Positions 39,121-50,675 of a stretch of DNA of 64,000 nt are shown piece after piece (within the stretch, counting starts at the first letter, position 1; each line of letters starts with the position of its first letter). Source of the stretch: an uncultured Pseudobdellovibrionaceae bacterium (GTDB lineage Bacteria > Patescibacteriota > Minisyncoccia > Moranbacterales > GCA-2747515). The DNA lies in assembly GCA_964463705.1 (NCBI GenBank), contig CAYXCH010000021.1, positions 1,162 through 65,161 of the forward strand. The letters are read 5' to 3'. Below the pieces are notes generated by a model, which saw nothing but the letters and a program-made list of their open reading frames with translations, did not search any database and was not told the origin of the DNA. Both the position numbers and the translations under genes were made by a program.

Positions 39121-40245
39121 ATGTCTACACTTTCTCCACATGATGCACACCTTATCCGTTTATTGCATGCCGGCATAACACAACGAACGCTAAATCGTCT
39201 GTATGCTCTCGGATATAATCCGAAAACCATGACCATACCGACGGTTAATGAACAGAGCGGGATTACCACTCGTCAGCGTGAACGATTGCACGCCGTTGCC
39301 ACCGTTTCCGCCGATGCGCCGCTCCGAGCGGCGGCAAGAGATCATCTGTCCGTTCTTACACGAGCAGACACTCAAAAGTTTCCGTCACTTCTGCACCATT
39401 GCGCCGATGCACCATTCGCTCTCTGTGTTCGGGGCGCTACAGATGTTTGCAATCGCAACGCGCCCTATGTCGCTATTGTGGGCGCACGGGCGTGTTCCCG
39501 AGATGGAGAACGTGCCGCATTTAGCTTGGCGGCGGATCTTGCGCGCGGCGGTGCAATTATCGTCAGTGGAATGGCACGCGGCATTGACACTGCCGCACAC
39601 CGTGGAGCGCTCTCCGTCGGTGGACAGACAATTGCCGTCTTGGGCGGTGGCGTAGATACCGATACACTATACCCGCGCAGCAACCGCGGACTTGCCGATG
39701 CCATTGCCGGCGGCGGTGGAGCCGTTCTCAGTGCTTACGCCCCACTTCACCGACCCACTCGCTATACATTGGTGGAACGAAACCGCGTAATGGCGGGTAT
39801 GAGTCATAGCGTTATTGTTATTGAAGCGGGAGAGCGCAGCGGAACCCTGCGTACCGCACAAGCGGCGCTGGACTATGATCGTGATTTGGGAGCGGTTCCC
39901 GGTAGTATTTTTGACCATCGCTATGCCGGAAGTTTGGCGCTTATCCGTAATGGCGCGGCGTGTATTCGCAATAGCACCGACATATGGGAGCTATTGGGAT
40001 ACAATTATCAACACCTATCACCGTCCGATAATACCGCCAAAACCGTTTCCGAATCCACGCCGGAACTGAGCGAATCTGAACGCGCCGTTCTGCGTCACAT
40101 TGAGTGTGATACACCGTGTCACATTGACAAGATTATTGCAGCATCTAAACTGGAAGCAACACAGGTGCGCTCCGCGCTCTCGTTGTTGGAAATCGCCGGC
40201 ACCATTCGAAACTGTGGCGGTGATCACTATCTCCGTACATCGTAA
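39121..40245 (+). CDS. dprA: DNA processing protein DprA
   Basis: VAIVGAR, IVSGMARGIDTAAH, RNRVMAG, SGTLRTA, C-terminal wHTH. Confidence 0.95.
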   Translation: MSTLSPHDAHLIRLLHAGITQRTLNRLYALGYNPKTMTIPTVNEQSGITTRQRERLHAVATVSADAPLRAAARDHLSVLTRADTQKFPSLLHHCADAPFALCVRGATDVCNRNAPYVAIVGARACSRDGERAAFSLAADLARGGAIIVSGMARGIDTAAHRGALSVGGQTIAVLGGGVDTDTLYPRSNRGLADAIAGGGGAVLSAYAPLHRPTRYTLVERNRVMAGMSHSVIVIEAGERSGTLRTAQAALDYDRDLGAVPGSIFDHRYAGSLALIRNGAACIRNSTDIWELLGYNYQHLSPSDNTAKTVSESTPELSESERAVLRHIECDTPCHIDKIIAASKLEATQVRSALSLLEIAGTIRNCGGDHYLRTS

Positions 40246-40256
40246 TCTCTATATCC

Positions 40257-42521
40257 ATGAATCTTCTCATCGTTGAATCCCCCACCAAAGCCCGAACAAT
40301 CGGCAAGTATCTCCCAAAAACGGAGAAGTTTGTCATTATGGCAAGTGTCGGTCATATTCGCGATTTACCGAAAAGCAATAAGAAAGCAATTGATATTGAT
40401 GCGGGATTTGTCCCCCATTATGAAATTACGCCGGAAAAGCGAGATGTTGTTGCAAAACTGAAGAAAGCAGCCGCGAATGCATCAACAATCTATCTCGCCA
40501 CCGATCCCGATCGCGAAGGAGAAGCTATTGCCTGGCATATTGTGGAAGCATTGGGATTACAGGGAGATCCGCGTGTCTACCGTGTTACATTTAATGAAAT
40601 TACCAAAAATGCCGTTACTCATGCACTGAAGCATCCGCGCGCCATTGACGACAATTTACGTCGCGCACAGGAAGCACGTCGCGTACTGGATCGTTTATTC
40701 GGTTATGACCTCTCCGGATTGATTTGGAAAAAAGTTCGCTATGGGCTGAGTGCCGGGCGCGTTCAATCCCCCGCTCTCCGCATTTTAGCGGAACGAGAGC
40801 GATCGATTCGTGCGTTTATACCGGATGTATTTTGGACGATTACCGCCGAGTTGGCGCCAAAAAATCATTCCGCCCTTCCGTTTACCTGTACAAAGGAGCT
40901 TGTGGCAACACTTCAAGAGTGTACCACGGATGCGGAACGCGCCAAGGTTATTGCGCGTGTAAAAGACGAGGTGGACACAATCGTACGAAATGGAACACGG
41001 GGAACGTGGAACATCACGGACATCAAAGAAACACGACAGAAACGAGTACCGTACGCACCGTTTACCACCTCCACACTGCAACAAGCCGCCAGTTCTCGCC
41101 TGGGATTTACCCCCAGCCGTACCATGCGCGCCGCACAGAAACTGTATGAAGCGGGACATATTACATATATGCGTACAGATTCCGTTACACTCAGTACGGA
41201 GGCGCTGGCACAGATTGCCACCGTCATTGCGCGAGACTTCGGCAAGGATATGCACCATCAACGAATGTACAAAACTCGCAGCAAAAACGCACAGGAAGCG
41301 CATGAGGCAATTCGCCCGACAGACTGCACGGTAACCGCTGCCGGCTCAACGGATGATGCGAAAAAGCTCTATCGCCTTATTCGCACACGTACGATTGCGT
41401 CACAGATGGCTGACGCACATATACTGCGTACAAAAATTACCGCTACTACCACAGACGGAACTATTCCGGATTTTGCACTGACAGGATCTCGCGTGGTAGA
41501 TCCGGGGTGGCTGGCACTGGATACGGCGGCGCGAAGTGAAGATGTTGATGTTCCTCAGTGTGCCGTTGGTGACTCATTGTCACTGTCCGCTATCAATGCG
41601 GAGGAAAAAGAAACTCAACCGCCAAAACGCTATACTGAAGCGGGGCTTGTTAAAGAGTTGGAAAAACGTGGTATCGGGCGTCCGTCCACATATGCAACAA
41701 TTATTAAAACCATCCAGGATCGCGGATACGTGGAAAAAGAGGGGCGCACGCTCATTCCCACCGACACCGGTATGGTGGTCAGTGATTTTATAGAGAACTA
41801 TTTTGCACGTTACATCAGTGACGATTTTACGGCGGAAATGGAAAATGAATTGGATGATATTGCCGCCGGAACACGAGATTACGTTACAACATTGAAGGAG
41901 TTTTATACCCCGTTCCATGCGGATGTCGCCGCCAAAGCAGATGTTCCGAAATTAACAAATTTGGGTGACGCCGACGCCAAGCATGTTTGCCCGAAGTGTG
42001 GCGGCCCGATGGTTATCAAGCTTTCCAAAAGCGGCACCTTCCTCTCCTGTAAACGTTTTCCGGAATGTGATGGCGCTCGGACCGCGGAAGGTGAAGAAAT
42101 TCGCGGTCCCAAGGAAACCGGAGAGCGGTGTCCAAAATGCGACAGTGCGTTGGTGGAACGTACCGGACGATATGGAACATTCATCTCCTGTTCCAACTAC
42201 CCGAAATGCAAGTATATCAAAGAAGATCCGGAAGATGCCGCTCGGAAAAATACCGGTGTCTCCTGCCCACAATGTGAAGATGGAACAATGGTGGAACGAC
42301 GGGGGCGATTTGGCATTTTTTACTCCTGCTCCAATTATCCGAAATGCAAGAACGCAATCAAGGCGCGCCCAACGGGGCGACGCTGCACATATGTGCGAGA
42401 GGATCGTGACGGCGCTGTGTGTGGCGCACTGATGATGGAAGGAACAAAAACTATTCCCGAACGATGTAGTGATAAAACGTGTCCAAACCACAATCCGCAC
42501 AAGTTAAATACAACAAAATAA
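40257..42521 (+). CDS. topA: DNA topoisomerase I
   Basis: IVESPTKA, ATDPDREGE, SAGRVQS, ITYMRTD, C-terminal Zn ribbons. Confidence 0.98.
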   Translation: MNLLIVESPTKARTIGKYLPKTEKFVIMASVGHIRDLPKSNKKAIDIDAGFVPHYEITPEKRDVVAKLKKAAANASTIYLATDPDREGEAIAWHIVEALGLQGDPRVYRVTFNEITKNAVTHALKHPRAIDDNLRRAQEARRVLDRLFGYDLSGLIWKKVRYGLSAGRVQSPALRILAERERSIRAFIPDVFWTITAELAPKNHSALPFTCTKELVATLQECTTDAERAKVIARVKDEVDTIVRNGTRGTWNITDIKETRQKRVPYAPFTTSTLQQAASSRLGFTPSRTMRAAQKLYEAGHITYMRTDSVTLSTEALAQIATVIARDFGKDMHHQRMYKTRSKNAQEAHEAIRPTDCTVTAAGSTDDAKKLYRLIRTRTIASQMADAHILRTKITATTTDGTIPDFALTGSRVVDPGWLALDTAARSEDVDVPQCAVGDSLSLSAINAEEKETQPPKRYTEAGLVKELEKRGIGRPSTYATIIKTIQDRGYVEKEGRTLIPTDTGMVVSDFIENYFARYISDDFTAEMENELDDIAAGTRDYVTTLKEFYTPFHADVAAKADVPKLTNLGDADAKHVCPKCGGPMVIKLSKSGTFLSCKRFPECDGARTAEGEEIRGPKETGERCPKCDSALVERTGRYGTFISCSNYPKCKYIKEDPEDAARKNTGVSCPQCEDGTMVERRGRFGIFYSCSNYPKCKNAIKARPTGRRCTYVREDRDGAVCGALMMEGTKTIPERCSDKTCPNHNPHKLNTTK

Positions 42522-42706
42522 TTTGGCTTCCATAAAGAATACCATTGTCGCGTGTTATAAGTATTTGTGTCGCAGTGTGGCACCATACGTTATACCATGC
42601 TCCCTTATCTATTTCTGAAATACAATCCAACAGACTGTCTTCGTCCGTATAGTTATGTTCCCTTCCTTGCCACTTCATATAAATAAACCCATATCGGGAG
42701 AAATAA

Positions 42707-42732
42707 AAAACATCGCCAACCGGCGATGTTTT
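42707..42732. terminator. Bidirectional intrinsic terminator (16S transcript and topA)
   Basis: AAAACATCGCC-aacc-GGCGATGTTTT. Confidence 0.85.
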
Positions 42733-42849
42733 AATCATGAACTTTTGAGGTTAGTCTGTAACAGTTGTGACACGGATTTGCCGTAAAAACGACAAGCGAC
42801 CATTGGGGTCTGATTAGCGATGCGCCAATCATACCCACCAAACTCCCTA

Positions 42850-44374
<1,525 letters not shown>

Positions 44375-44550
44375 AGCGATACCGTTTTCAGCAACCGATG
44401 CTCGCTTCCACATCGGGCAAGTTTCCAACGGAAACTTCGGATACGCGATACTGTCGTTGCCATATCGGCGTGTCTCGTGTCGCTTGGCACGAGACGTTTT
44501 CTTATGAAAACCGACAACTGCCGTGTTACTGTGTAACACAATGAAAGTGG

Positions 44551-44594
44551 TCCGTGCTCACAGTCTGTCAAGACTAACCTCAAAAGGTCATGAT
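44551..44594 (-). other. 5' arm of the 16S processing stem (pairs with 42734-42776)
   Basis: AGACTAACCTCAAAAGgTCATGAT is complementary to ATCATGAaCTTTTGAGGTTAGTCT. Confidence 0.8.
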
Positions 44595-44711
44595 CTATTA
44601 GATAGACGTGATATTGTCAAGGTTCCGTGTTTCTGCTCATCCGAACAAAAACACATTCTCATGATTCATCGGGATGCATCACAAGAATGCGACTTTGTTC
44701 CATTGCTATAA

Positions 44712-44796
44712 ATTGTAGCAGAGTTCGCCGCGCTGTCAAGCGGTAGGCAACTTCTTAATCTGTCCCTATCATAACCAACTCTTTTATTTATGTCAA
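44712..44796 (-). promoter_or_regulatory. Tandem rRNA promoters P1/P2
   Basis: TTGACA-17-TATGAT (44796-44768) and TTGACA-16-TACAAT (44739-44712). Confidence 0.8.
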
Positions 44797-45866
44797 GTAT
44801 TGGAGAATAATGAATCATCATCAATAATCATCATGGCATCTCCGAAAGAAAAAAACCGATATCGCTCCCGTACCGCGCATGCATAGGCGTGAAGAATATG
44901 CTCTCGTGACGCAAATGCCGACACCATAATAATCAGACTGGATTGCGGAACATGAAAGTTTGTAATCATTGCATCAACAACACGAAACGTATGCGGAGGA
45001 CGGATAAAAATATTTGTGCTTCGAGTCCCGCTACGTATTACTCCATGATCATCTACGGCACTTTCCAACGCCCGCACCACCGTTGTACCTACGGCAATAA
45101 TTCGGCGACCGTGTTGTCGCGCTGTTGTAATCGCCTCGGCAGCGGCAGTGGAAATGTTATAGTGCTCTGTATGCATCTCATGTTGTGAAATATCTTCGGA
45201 ACGGATGGCGGCAAACGTCCCCAATCCGACGGTAAGTGTTATATCCACAATCTCCACCCCGCGATGACGTAACTGTGAACATATATCCGATGTAAAATGT
45301 AATCCCGCCGTTGGAGCCGCCGCTGACGCACCCTCTGTCGCATACACCGTTTGATACCGTTGCGGATCATGTAACCGCCGTGTAATATACGGTGGCAAAG
45401 GCATCTCACCACACTGCGCCAATGCCTCTTCCATTGTCACCGTTGAAAAAAAGTCCACGGTCAATACCTCTTGTGTTCGTGAAACAACTTGCGCCCGTAA
45501 TACGCCATCACCAAAAACAACCCGAGTTCCCACACCAAGACGACGCAGCGGCTGTGCCATCACCTGATACCGCGCCACCGCTCCCGCCGGTGCTTTGGAA
45601 ACTCTATGCAATAACAACATTTCCACCGCCCCACCGGTACCTTCCTTTTGTCCCAATAATCGCGCGGGAATAACACGCGTAGCATTACGCACCAAAAGAT
45701 CTCCGTGTCGCAACAACTGCGGAAGTTGTGAGAACTGCGCATGGCGAACCGTCCCCCGTGTACGATGTAGCACCATTAGACGGGACGCATCACGACGAGA
45801 TTGCGGCGTCTGCGCAATCAACTCCTCGGGTATATCAATAGCATAGTCTGTCAGCCGATCGCTCAT
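44793..45866 (-). CDS. queA: SAM:tRNA ribosyltransferase-isomerase
   Basis: LIAQTP, MPLPPYI, AAPTAGLHF, AVGTT, TNFHVP, YRFFSFGDAM. Confidence 0.96.
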   Translation of the reverse strand: MSDRLTDYAIDIPEELIAQTPQSRRDASRLMVLHRTRGTVRHAQFSQLPQLLRHGDLLVRNATRVIPARLLGQKEGTGGAVEMLLLHRVSKAPAGAVARYQVMAQPLRRLGVGTRVVFGDGVLRAQVVSRTQEVLTVDFFSTVTMEEALAQCGEMPLPPYITRRLHDPQRYQTVYATEGASAAAPTAGLHFTSDICSQLRHRGVEIVDITLTVGLGTFAAIRSEDISQHEMHTEHYNISTAAAEAITTARQHGRRIIAVGTTVVRALESAVDDHGVIRSGTRSTNIFIRPPHTFRVVDAMITNFHVPQSSLIIMVSAFASREHILHAYACAVRERYRFFSFGDAMMIIDDDSLFSNT

Positions 45867-47392
45867 GATGTTTTTTCCGATGGCGGCGTCAAAATTCCGG
45901 CACGACGCAATGCCCGACGAATATCACTGCGCGCTCGTGATGTCCGAACAAAGTCCAACCATTTCTGTGTCGGAACTTTTTCCTCTTTGCTGGTAAGAAT
46001 TTCAATTACATCACCATTGCGAATGGTATAATCCAGCGGAACCATTTTTCCATTGGCTTTTGCACCCGTCGCCCGATGCCCTACCTGCGTGTGTACCGCA
46101 TAGGCAAAATCAATCGGTGTAGACTCCTCGGGCAAATCAATGATATCTCCCTTCGGTGTAAAGGCAAAAATATGATTTTTGAAAAAATCAATCTTTAAAC
46201 TCTGCATAAATTCCGTATTGTCCGTACCGATTTCATTCTGCCACTCTCGCAACTGCTGAACCCATTGAGTTTGACGTTTTACATCTCGTTGCGCCGCCTG
46301 TTTCTTTTTTCGCCCAAAAAGGTAGTCACGCCAATTGTTTCGTGTTCGTTCTTTATATAACCAGTGTGCCGCAATACCGAACTCCGCCTCGGTATGCATC
46401 TGCGGCGTTCGAATTTGCACTTCAATAATTCTCCCCTCGGGACCAAAAATTGTTGTATGAATGGACTGATAGCCATTGGGCTTCGGAAGTGAAATATAAT
46501 CCTTGATGCGCCCAACCATCGGGCGGTAGCGCTTATGTACAATACCCAACGTCTCATAACAATCCGCAACGGTCGGCACGATAATACGAATCGCCGCCAA
46601 ATCATAAACACGACTGATGTCCATGTCATGGCGCTTAAGTTTAACATACAAACTATAAATGCTTTTCGCACGACCGGTAATACTCTCCACTTTAATTCCC
46701 TCCGCTTGCAATGCCTTCATAATATTATCCATCGCCCGCCGAACATAACGATCATACTCTTTCTTCTGTTGCGCATACAAAGCGGAAATTTCTTTATACG
46801 CATCCGGCTCCAAATATCGGAACGCCAGGTCTTCCATTTCCGTCTTGATTTCACTAATTCCGAGACGATTGGCAATTTGCGCATACACTTCCATTGTCTC
46901 TGTGGCAATTCGCCGCTGTTTTTCCGGCTTAACATATTGCAATGTGCGCATATTATGAAGACGATCCGCCAACTTTACAATGACCACACGAATATCTTGC
47001 GCCATTGCCAAAAACATTTTTCGCAAATTTTCAATAAACAATTCCTCTTGAGATCCGCGCAACCGAATGTGTCCAAGTTTTGTAACACCATCCACCATCC
47101 ACGCAATTTCTTCCCCAAATCGCTTGCGTATATCATCCGATGTATAGTGCGTATCTTCCGGAACATCGTGTAACAACCCGGCAGCAATCGTCATGGCGTC
47201 CATACCAATCTGCGCCAAAATTTGCGCCGTGTGTAAACAGTGTTGCACATACGGCTCTCCGCTACGACGCTTCTGCGTCGCATGTGCATCATCCGCCACC
47301 GCAAACGCCTCTCGCACCAACTTACGCCCCGCCGCATCTAACGGTACGGATGCTGCAGTAATCACATCATCAATGGTGAGTTGCTTTTCCAT
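45863..47392 (-). CDS. rel: RelA/SpoT homologue (HD + synthetase + TGS, no ACT)
   Basis: RRSGEPY, LHDVPED, KLADRLHNMRT, YQSIHT, EVQIRT, DFAYAVHT. Confidence 0.93.
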   Translation of the reverse strand: MEKQLTIDDVITAASVPLDAAGRKLVREAFAVADDAHATQKRRSGEPYVQHCLHTAQILAQIGMDAMTIAAGLLHDVPEDTHYTSDDIRKRFGEEIAWMVDGVTKLGHIRLRGSQEELFIENLRKMFLAMAQDIRVVIVKLADRLHNMRTLQYVKPEKQRRIATETMEVYAQIANRLGISEIKTEMEDLAFRYLEPDAYKEISALYAQQKKEYDRYVRRAMDNIMKALQAEGIKVESITGRAKSIYSLYVKLKRHDMDISRVYDLAAIRIIVPTVADCYETLGIVHKRYRPMVGRIKDYISLPKPNGYQSIHTTIFGPEGRIIEVQIRTPQMHTEAEFGIAAHWLYKERTRNNWRDYLFGRKKKQAAQRDVKRQTQWVQQLREWQNEIGTDNTEFMQSLKIDFFKNHIFAFTPKGDIIDLPEESTPIDFAYAVHTQVGHRATGAKANGKMVPLDYTIRNGDVIEILTSKEEKVPTQKWLDFVRTSRARSDIRRALRRAGILTPPSEKTS

Positions 47393-47457
47393 ATCTCTAC
47401 TATATCACAAAAGCCGCGCTCCGGGCACGACTCTTTGTATACAATATAATCTGCCGA

Positions 47458-47784
47458 CTACTTCTTCTTTGACGATGCCGTCTTTTTCGTACGACGCGGC
47501 GCCGATGTCGCCTTCTTCTTTGTCGCCGTTGTTACAAGTGCCGCGGCCACTGCACCCAATGCCGCACCCACACCGGCAGCAATCGCCGCCGCCTTTTGCG
47601 GATTTTTCTTAATGTAACGCTCCGCTCGTGTTTCCACCTGCGCCAGCATCTTCTTCATCTTCTTTACTTCCCGCTCTGCCGCCTTTGCGGCACGCTCCAC
47701 CTCGCGTTGCGCCGCCTTTTGTGCTCGCGTTACTTCGCGCTGCGCTGCGGATGCAACTTTCTTTGCTTGTGCTTTCGTATCCAT
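47458..47784 (-). CDS. Basic tail-anchored protein (ElaB/YqjD-like)
   Basis: Lys/Ala-rich coil, YIKKNP..A..IAAGVG TM, basic tail. Confidence 0.6.
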   Translation of the reverse strand: MDTKAQAKKVASAAQREVTRAQKAAQREVERAAKAAEREVKKMKKMLAQVETRAERYIKKNPQKAAAIAAGVGAALGAVAAALVTTATKKKATSAPRRTKKTASSKKK

Positions 47785-47831
47785 AATATATATTAGAATT
47801 CTTGGATTACAGTTGTATTATACACAACTTC

Positions 47832-48128
47832 TTATGCGCGGACAATGCGCAACAATACGGCAACCGCCAATAGTGTTGCGCCCATAATCATAAACCCATA
47901 TGCCGCCGCACCCAACAGCATTCCCAAGTACAGTGCGATGCCGATACAAAGTAGCGCCCCTCCCAATAATGCCACCGCGACCGTGACGATACGAGCAATA
48001 ATCGCATGTGTTGTCGCATCCACTTTTTCCTGCACCATTGTTAGCAGGCTTCCACCGCTTTGCGTTACCGCCTCCCGAACAAGGGTTAGCGCATACGCCT
48101 TCCAGTCTGTATGTGTTTCTTGTGTCAT
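47832..48128 (-). CDS. Small 2-TM protein (YqjE/holin-X-like)
   Basis: Two C-terminal TMs; adjacent to the ElaB-like gene. Confidence 0.55.
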   Translation of the reverse strand: MTQETHTDWKAYALTLVREAVTQSGGSLLTMVQEKVDATTHAIIARIVTVAVALLGGALLCIGIALYLGMLLGAAAYGFMIMGATLLAVAVLLRIVRA

Positions 48129-48727
48129 AGGTATTGTGTTACTTCTTTTTCAGTATACGTCGGAATATCATCGGTGTACAGTAACGCAAATACTTGAAGC
48201 GCTGCTTGAACGAACCACTCCGCATGTGCATATCGTTGAGGAATTTCTCGTGGAGCAATACATGCGACAGCACCGCCGCGCGCTATCGGCACTGTGCCAA
48301 TGACAACTCCATGGGAAACAGTGCTCTCCGGTGGAAGATGTACCACAACACATCGCCCCACTCCCGTTCCCCGAGCAATATGAGCATGAAGTTCCGTCCG
48401 TGCCTGTGCCGCATCAGATGCATCGGCCAGTGTGGTAAATACATCCATAAGCACATCATTGTGACGATTCATGGCACCAATTTGCATGTATGCATGAGAT
48501 AAGTCTCGTTGAGTATCTCGTAATTCATCAGAGCACTGACGATGAGCACGTTGAGCGACTCGCCGCGATCGGTCGGTGACAAGGTATATGACCCCCATAA
48601 CACCGGCACACGCTAACGCTCCCATCGCACGATATTGCGTTGGCGTCAATGTCTCCGGCACCGGTGACACTATGATCATACTTACTGCCACCGTCGCCAT
48701 CATTACTAGCAAAGTCACAACATACAT
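48125..48727 (-). CDS. Hypothetical membrane protein
   Basis: Two N-terminal TMs then coiled coil; tightly packed in operon. Confidence 0.6.
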   Translation of the reverse strand: MYVVTLLVMMATVAVSMIIVSPVPETLTPTQYRAMGALACAGVMGVIYLVTDRSRRVAQRAHRQCSDELRDTQRDLSHAYMQIGAMNRHNDVLMDVFTTLADASDAAQARTELHAHIARGTGVGRCVVVHLPPESTVSHGVVIGTVPIARGGAVACIAPREIPQRYAHAEWFVQAALQVFALLYTDDIPTYTEKEVTQYL

Positions 48728-48733
48728 GATGCT

Positions 48734-49621
48734 TTATGACAACGACGTCTGTATTGATTCAATGTATTGCACCAATCGATCTCGCAATGCCGGATGCTTT
48801 AATCCCATGTGAATTGTCGCCCGCAAAAAATTAAACTTATCTCCCGTATCCAGCCAGATACCATCCAAATCATGTGCGTATAATGTCGTCGCTCCCCGTG
48901 AAAGTAGAATATCAAACGCATCTGCCAACCGAATTTCTCCGGATTTCCCTTCACGCATTGTAGCAAGAACCTCTCGCACTTCCGGCGTAATGATATACTT
49001 TCCCACCGCCACCGATCGTGACGGCGCAACATCCGGATTCGGTTTCTCCACCATCTGTGTTACTCGTACTGTTCGCTCATCCACCCGCTCTCCCGCCACA
49101 ACACCAAACTGTGATACATCGTCACGCGGCACTGTTGCCGTTCCGATAATACTACCGCCATATGTTTCATACGCTGCAATCAATTGTTGTGTTGCCGGAA
49201 CATCGCTGTCATACAAACAGTCACCAAACAGCACGACCGCCGCCTCATCATCCGCCAATAAGTGCGATGCTTGCAAAATTGCATGTCCGTCTCCCAATGG
49301 ATATGGCTGACGAACATAACAGAACTTTGCCAGCCGTGCAATGTGCTTAACTTCGGCAAGCAATTCATGCTTATTTTTTTCTACCAGCGTTTTTTCCAAC
49401 TCGTACGCGACGTCAAAATGATCCTCAATCGCGCGCTTGCCGCGACCGGTCACAAAAATAATTTCCTCAATTCCACTGGCAACTGCTTCTTCCACAAGGT
49501 ATTGAATCACCGGTTTATCCACAATCGGCAACATTTCCTTTGGCTGACTTTTTGTCGCCGGAAGAAACCGTGTCCCAAATCCCGCTACCGGAAGAATCGC
49601 TTTTTTAATTTTTCGTGTCAT
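48734..49621 (-). CDS. galU: UTP-glucose-1-phosphate uridylyltransferase
   Basis: PVAGFGTRFLPATK, PKEMLPIVDKP, VEKP. Confidence 0.95.
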   Translation of the reverse strand: MTRKIKKAILPVAGFGTRFLPATKSQPKEMLPIVDKPVIQYLVEEAVASGIEEIIFVTGRGKRAIEDHFDVAYELEKTLVEKNKHELLAEVKHIARLAKFCYVRQPYPLGDGHAILQASHLLADDEAAVVLFGDCLYDSDVPATQQLIAAYETYGGSIIGTATVPRDDVSQFGVVAGERVDERTVRVTQMVEKPNPDVAPSRSVAVGKYIITPEVREVLATMREGKSGEIRLADAFDILLSRGATTLYAHDLDGIWLDTGDKFNFLRATIHMGLKHPALRDRLVQYIESIQTSLS

Positions 49622-49625
49622 AGTG

Positions 49626-50351
49626 TTAAATCATCATCCGATCCGCCAACTTCTCCTTGGCAAGTTGTTGCGCCGCTAAAAGAGAGTCAAATGTTCCCGC
49701 ATCAATCCATGCACCATCAAATGTCTTCACATCCAATTCTCCGCGTTGCAAATAGTAGGTGTGCATATCGGTGATTTCCAACTCTCCGCGAGCGCTGGGT
49801 GTGATCGTCTTGGCGATTTCCGATGCGCGACCATCAAAGATGTACAGTCCGGGGATGGCGTAATTACTCTGTGGGTGTGTCGGTTTTTCTTCTATGCTTG
49901 TAGCGGTACCGTGTTCGTCAAATGTAACAACGCCGAATCGCTCCGGATCCGGTACTCGTTTGGCGAAGATGCGTCCGCCGCTGCGGAAACTCTTGATCTC
50001 TTCGGTAAAATCATCTTCAAAGATGTTGTCGCCCAGAATCATGGTAACGTTGTCATTGTCCAGGAAAGATTCCGCAATAATAAACGCTTCCGCCAGTCCG
50101 CGGGGTTCGTCTTGGATTTCATAGGTAAAGCGTGCACCGAACTCTTTTCCCGATCCCAAGAGATTGAGATAGTTACCTGCATGTTCGGGAGCGATGATAA
50201 TGAGAATGTCCGTGATGCCCGCGCGTAACAATGTATTGAGCGGGTAGTAGATCATCGGGCGGTTGTAGACGGGCAGAAGCTGCTTGGAGGTCATTTTTGT
50301 TAGCGGGCGTAACCGAGTGCCGCTGCCACCGGAGAGGATAATGCCTTTCAT
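49626..50351 (-). CDS. rfbA: Glucose-1-phosphate thymidylyltransferase (short form)
   Basis: GGSGTRLRP, SKQLLPVY, IEEKP, SARGELEITD, WIDAGT. Confidence 0.9.
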   Translation of the reverse strand: MKGIILSGGSGTRLRPLTKMTSKQLLPVYNRPMIYYPLNTLLRAGITDILIIIAPEHAGNYLNLLGSGKEFGARFTYEIQDEPRGLAEAFIIAESFLDNDNVTMILGDNIFEDDFTEEIKSFRSGGRIFAKRVPDPERFGVVTFDEHGTATSIEEKPTHPQSNYAIPGLYIFDGRASEIAKTITPSARGELEITDMHTYYLQRGELDVKTFDGAWIDAGTFDSLLAAQQLAKEKLADRMMI

Positions 50352-50360
50352 AGGAACGTA

Positions 50361-50603
50361 TTACCGCATGTGATCCGCTGACCCTCCATTATATTCGGTA
50401 TGTTGTGTGCAGGGCTTAAGATCATTCTGCGATGACTTCAAATCTTTTGCCACACCCACCAATACCAAAAATGCTCCCATAATGGCAATCGCCAATCCGG
50501 AAACAAATCCAAACAAAAATCGCTCATCACGATATAACACTCCACGCATTGTTGACGAAATCGTTTCTCCACTTTCGTGACGTGTTTCCGTGTTCTCTGT
50601 CAT
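50361..50603 (-). CDS. Hypothetical single-TM protein
   Basis: 80 aa with FLFGFVSGLAIAIMG TM; extended -10 upstream. Confidence 0.55.
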   Translation of the reverse strand: MTENTETRHESGETISSTMRGVLYRDERFLFGFVSGLAIAIMGAFLVLVGVAKDLKSSQNDLKPCTQHTEYNGGSADHMR

Positions 50604-50675
50604 ACATTTTCATTTAGTAAATTATACTCTCTCATTATACCACAACATCATGGAATAATAACAACTGCAAACATC

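Noticed and set aside
39032-39178. 48-aa plus-strand peptide after a perfect AAGGAGG
   Set aside because: It overlaps dprA out of frame with atypical composition; the SD-like sequence is better explained as the complement of the sRNA loop, though a type I toxin-like reading is not fully excluded.
42451-42738. AT-rich minus-strand ORF between topA and the rRNA terminator
   Set aside because: It crosses the terminator and overlaps the topA end; no motif. Possibly a gene remnant, not supportable.
47832-48128. Prophage holin
   Set aside because: No endolysin or other phage genes; context matches a cellular YqjD/YqjE-like pair.
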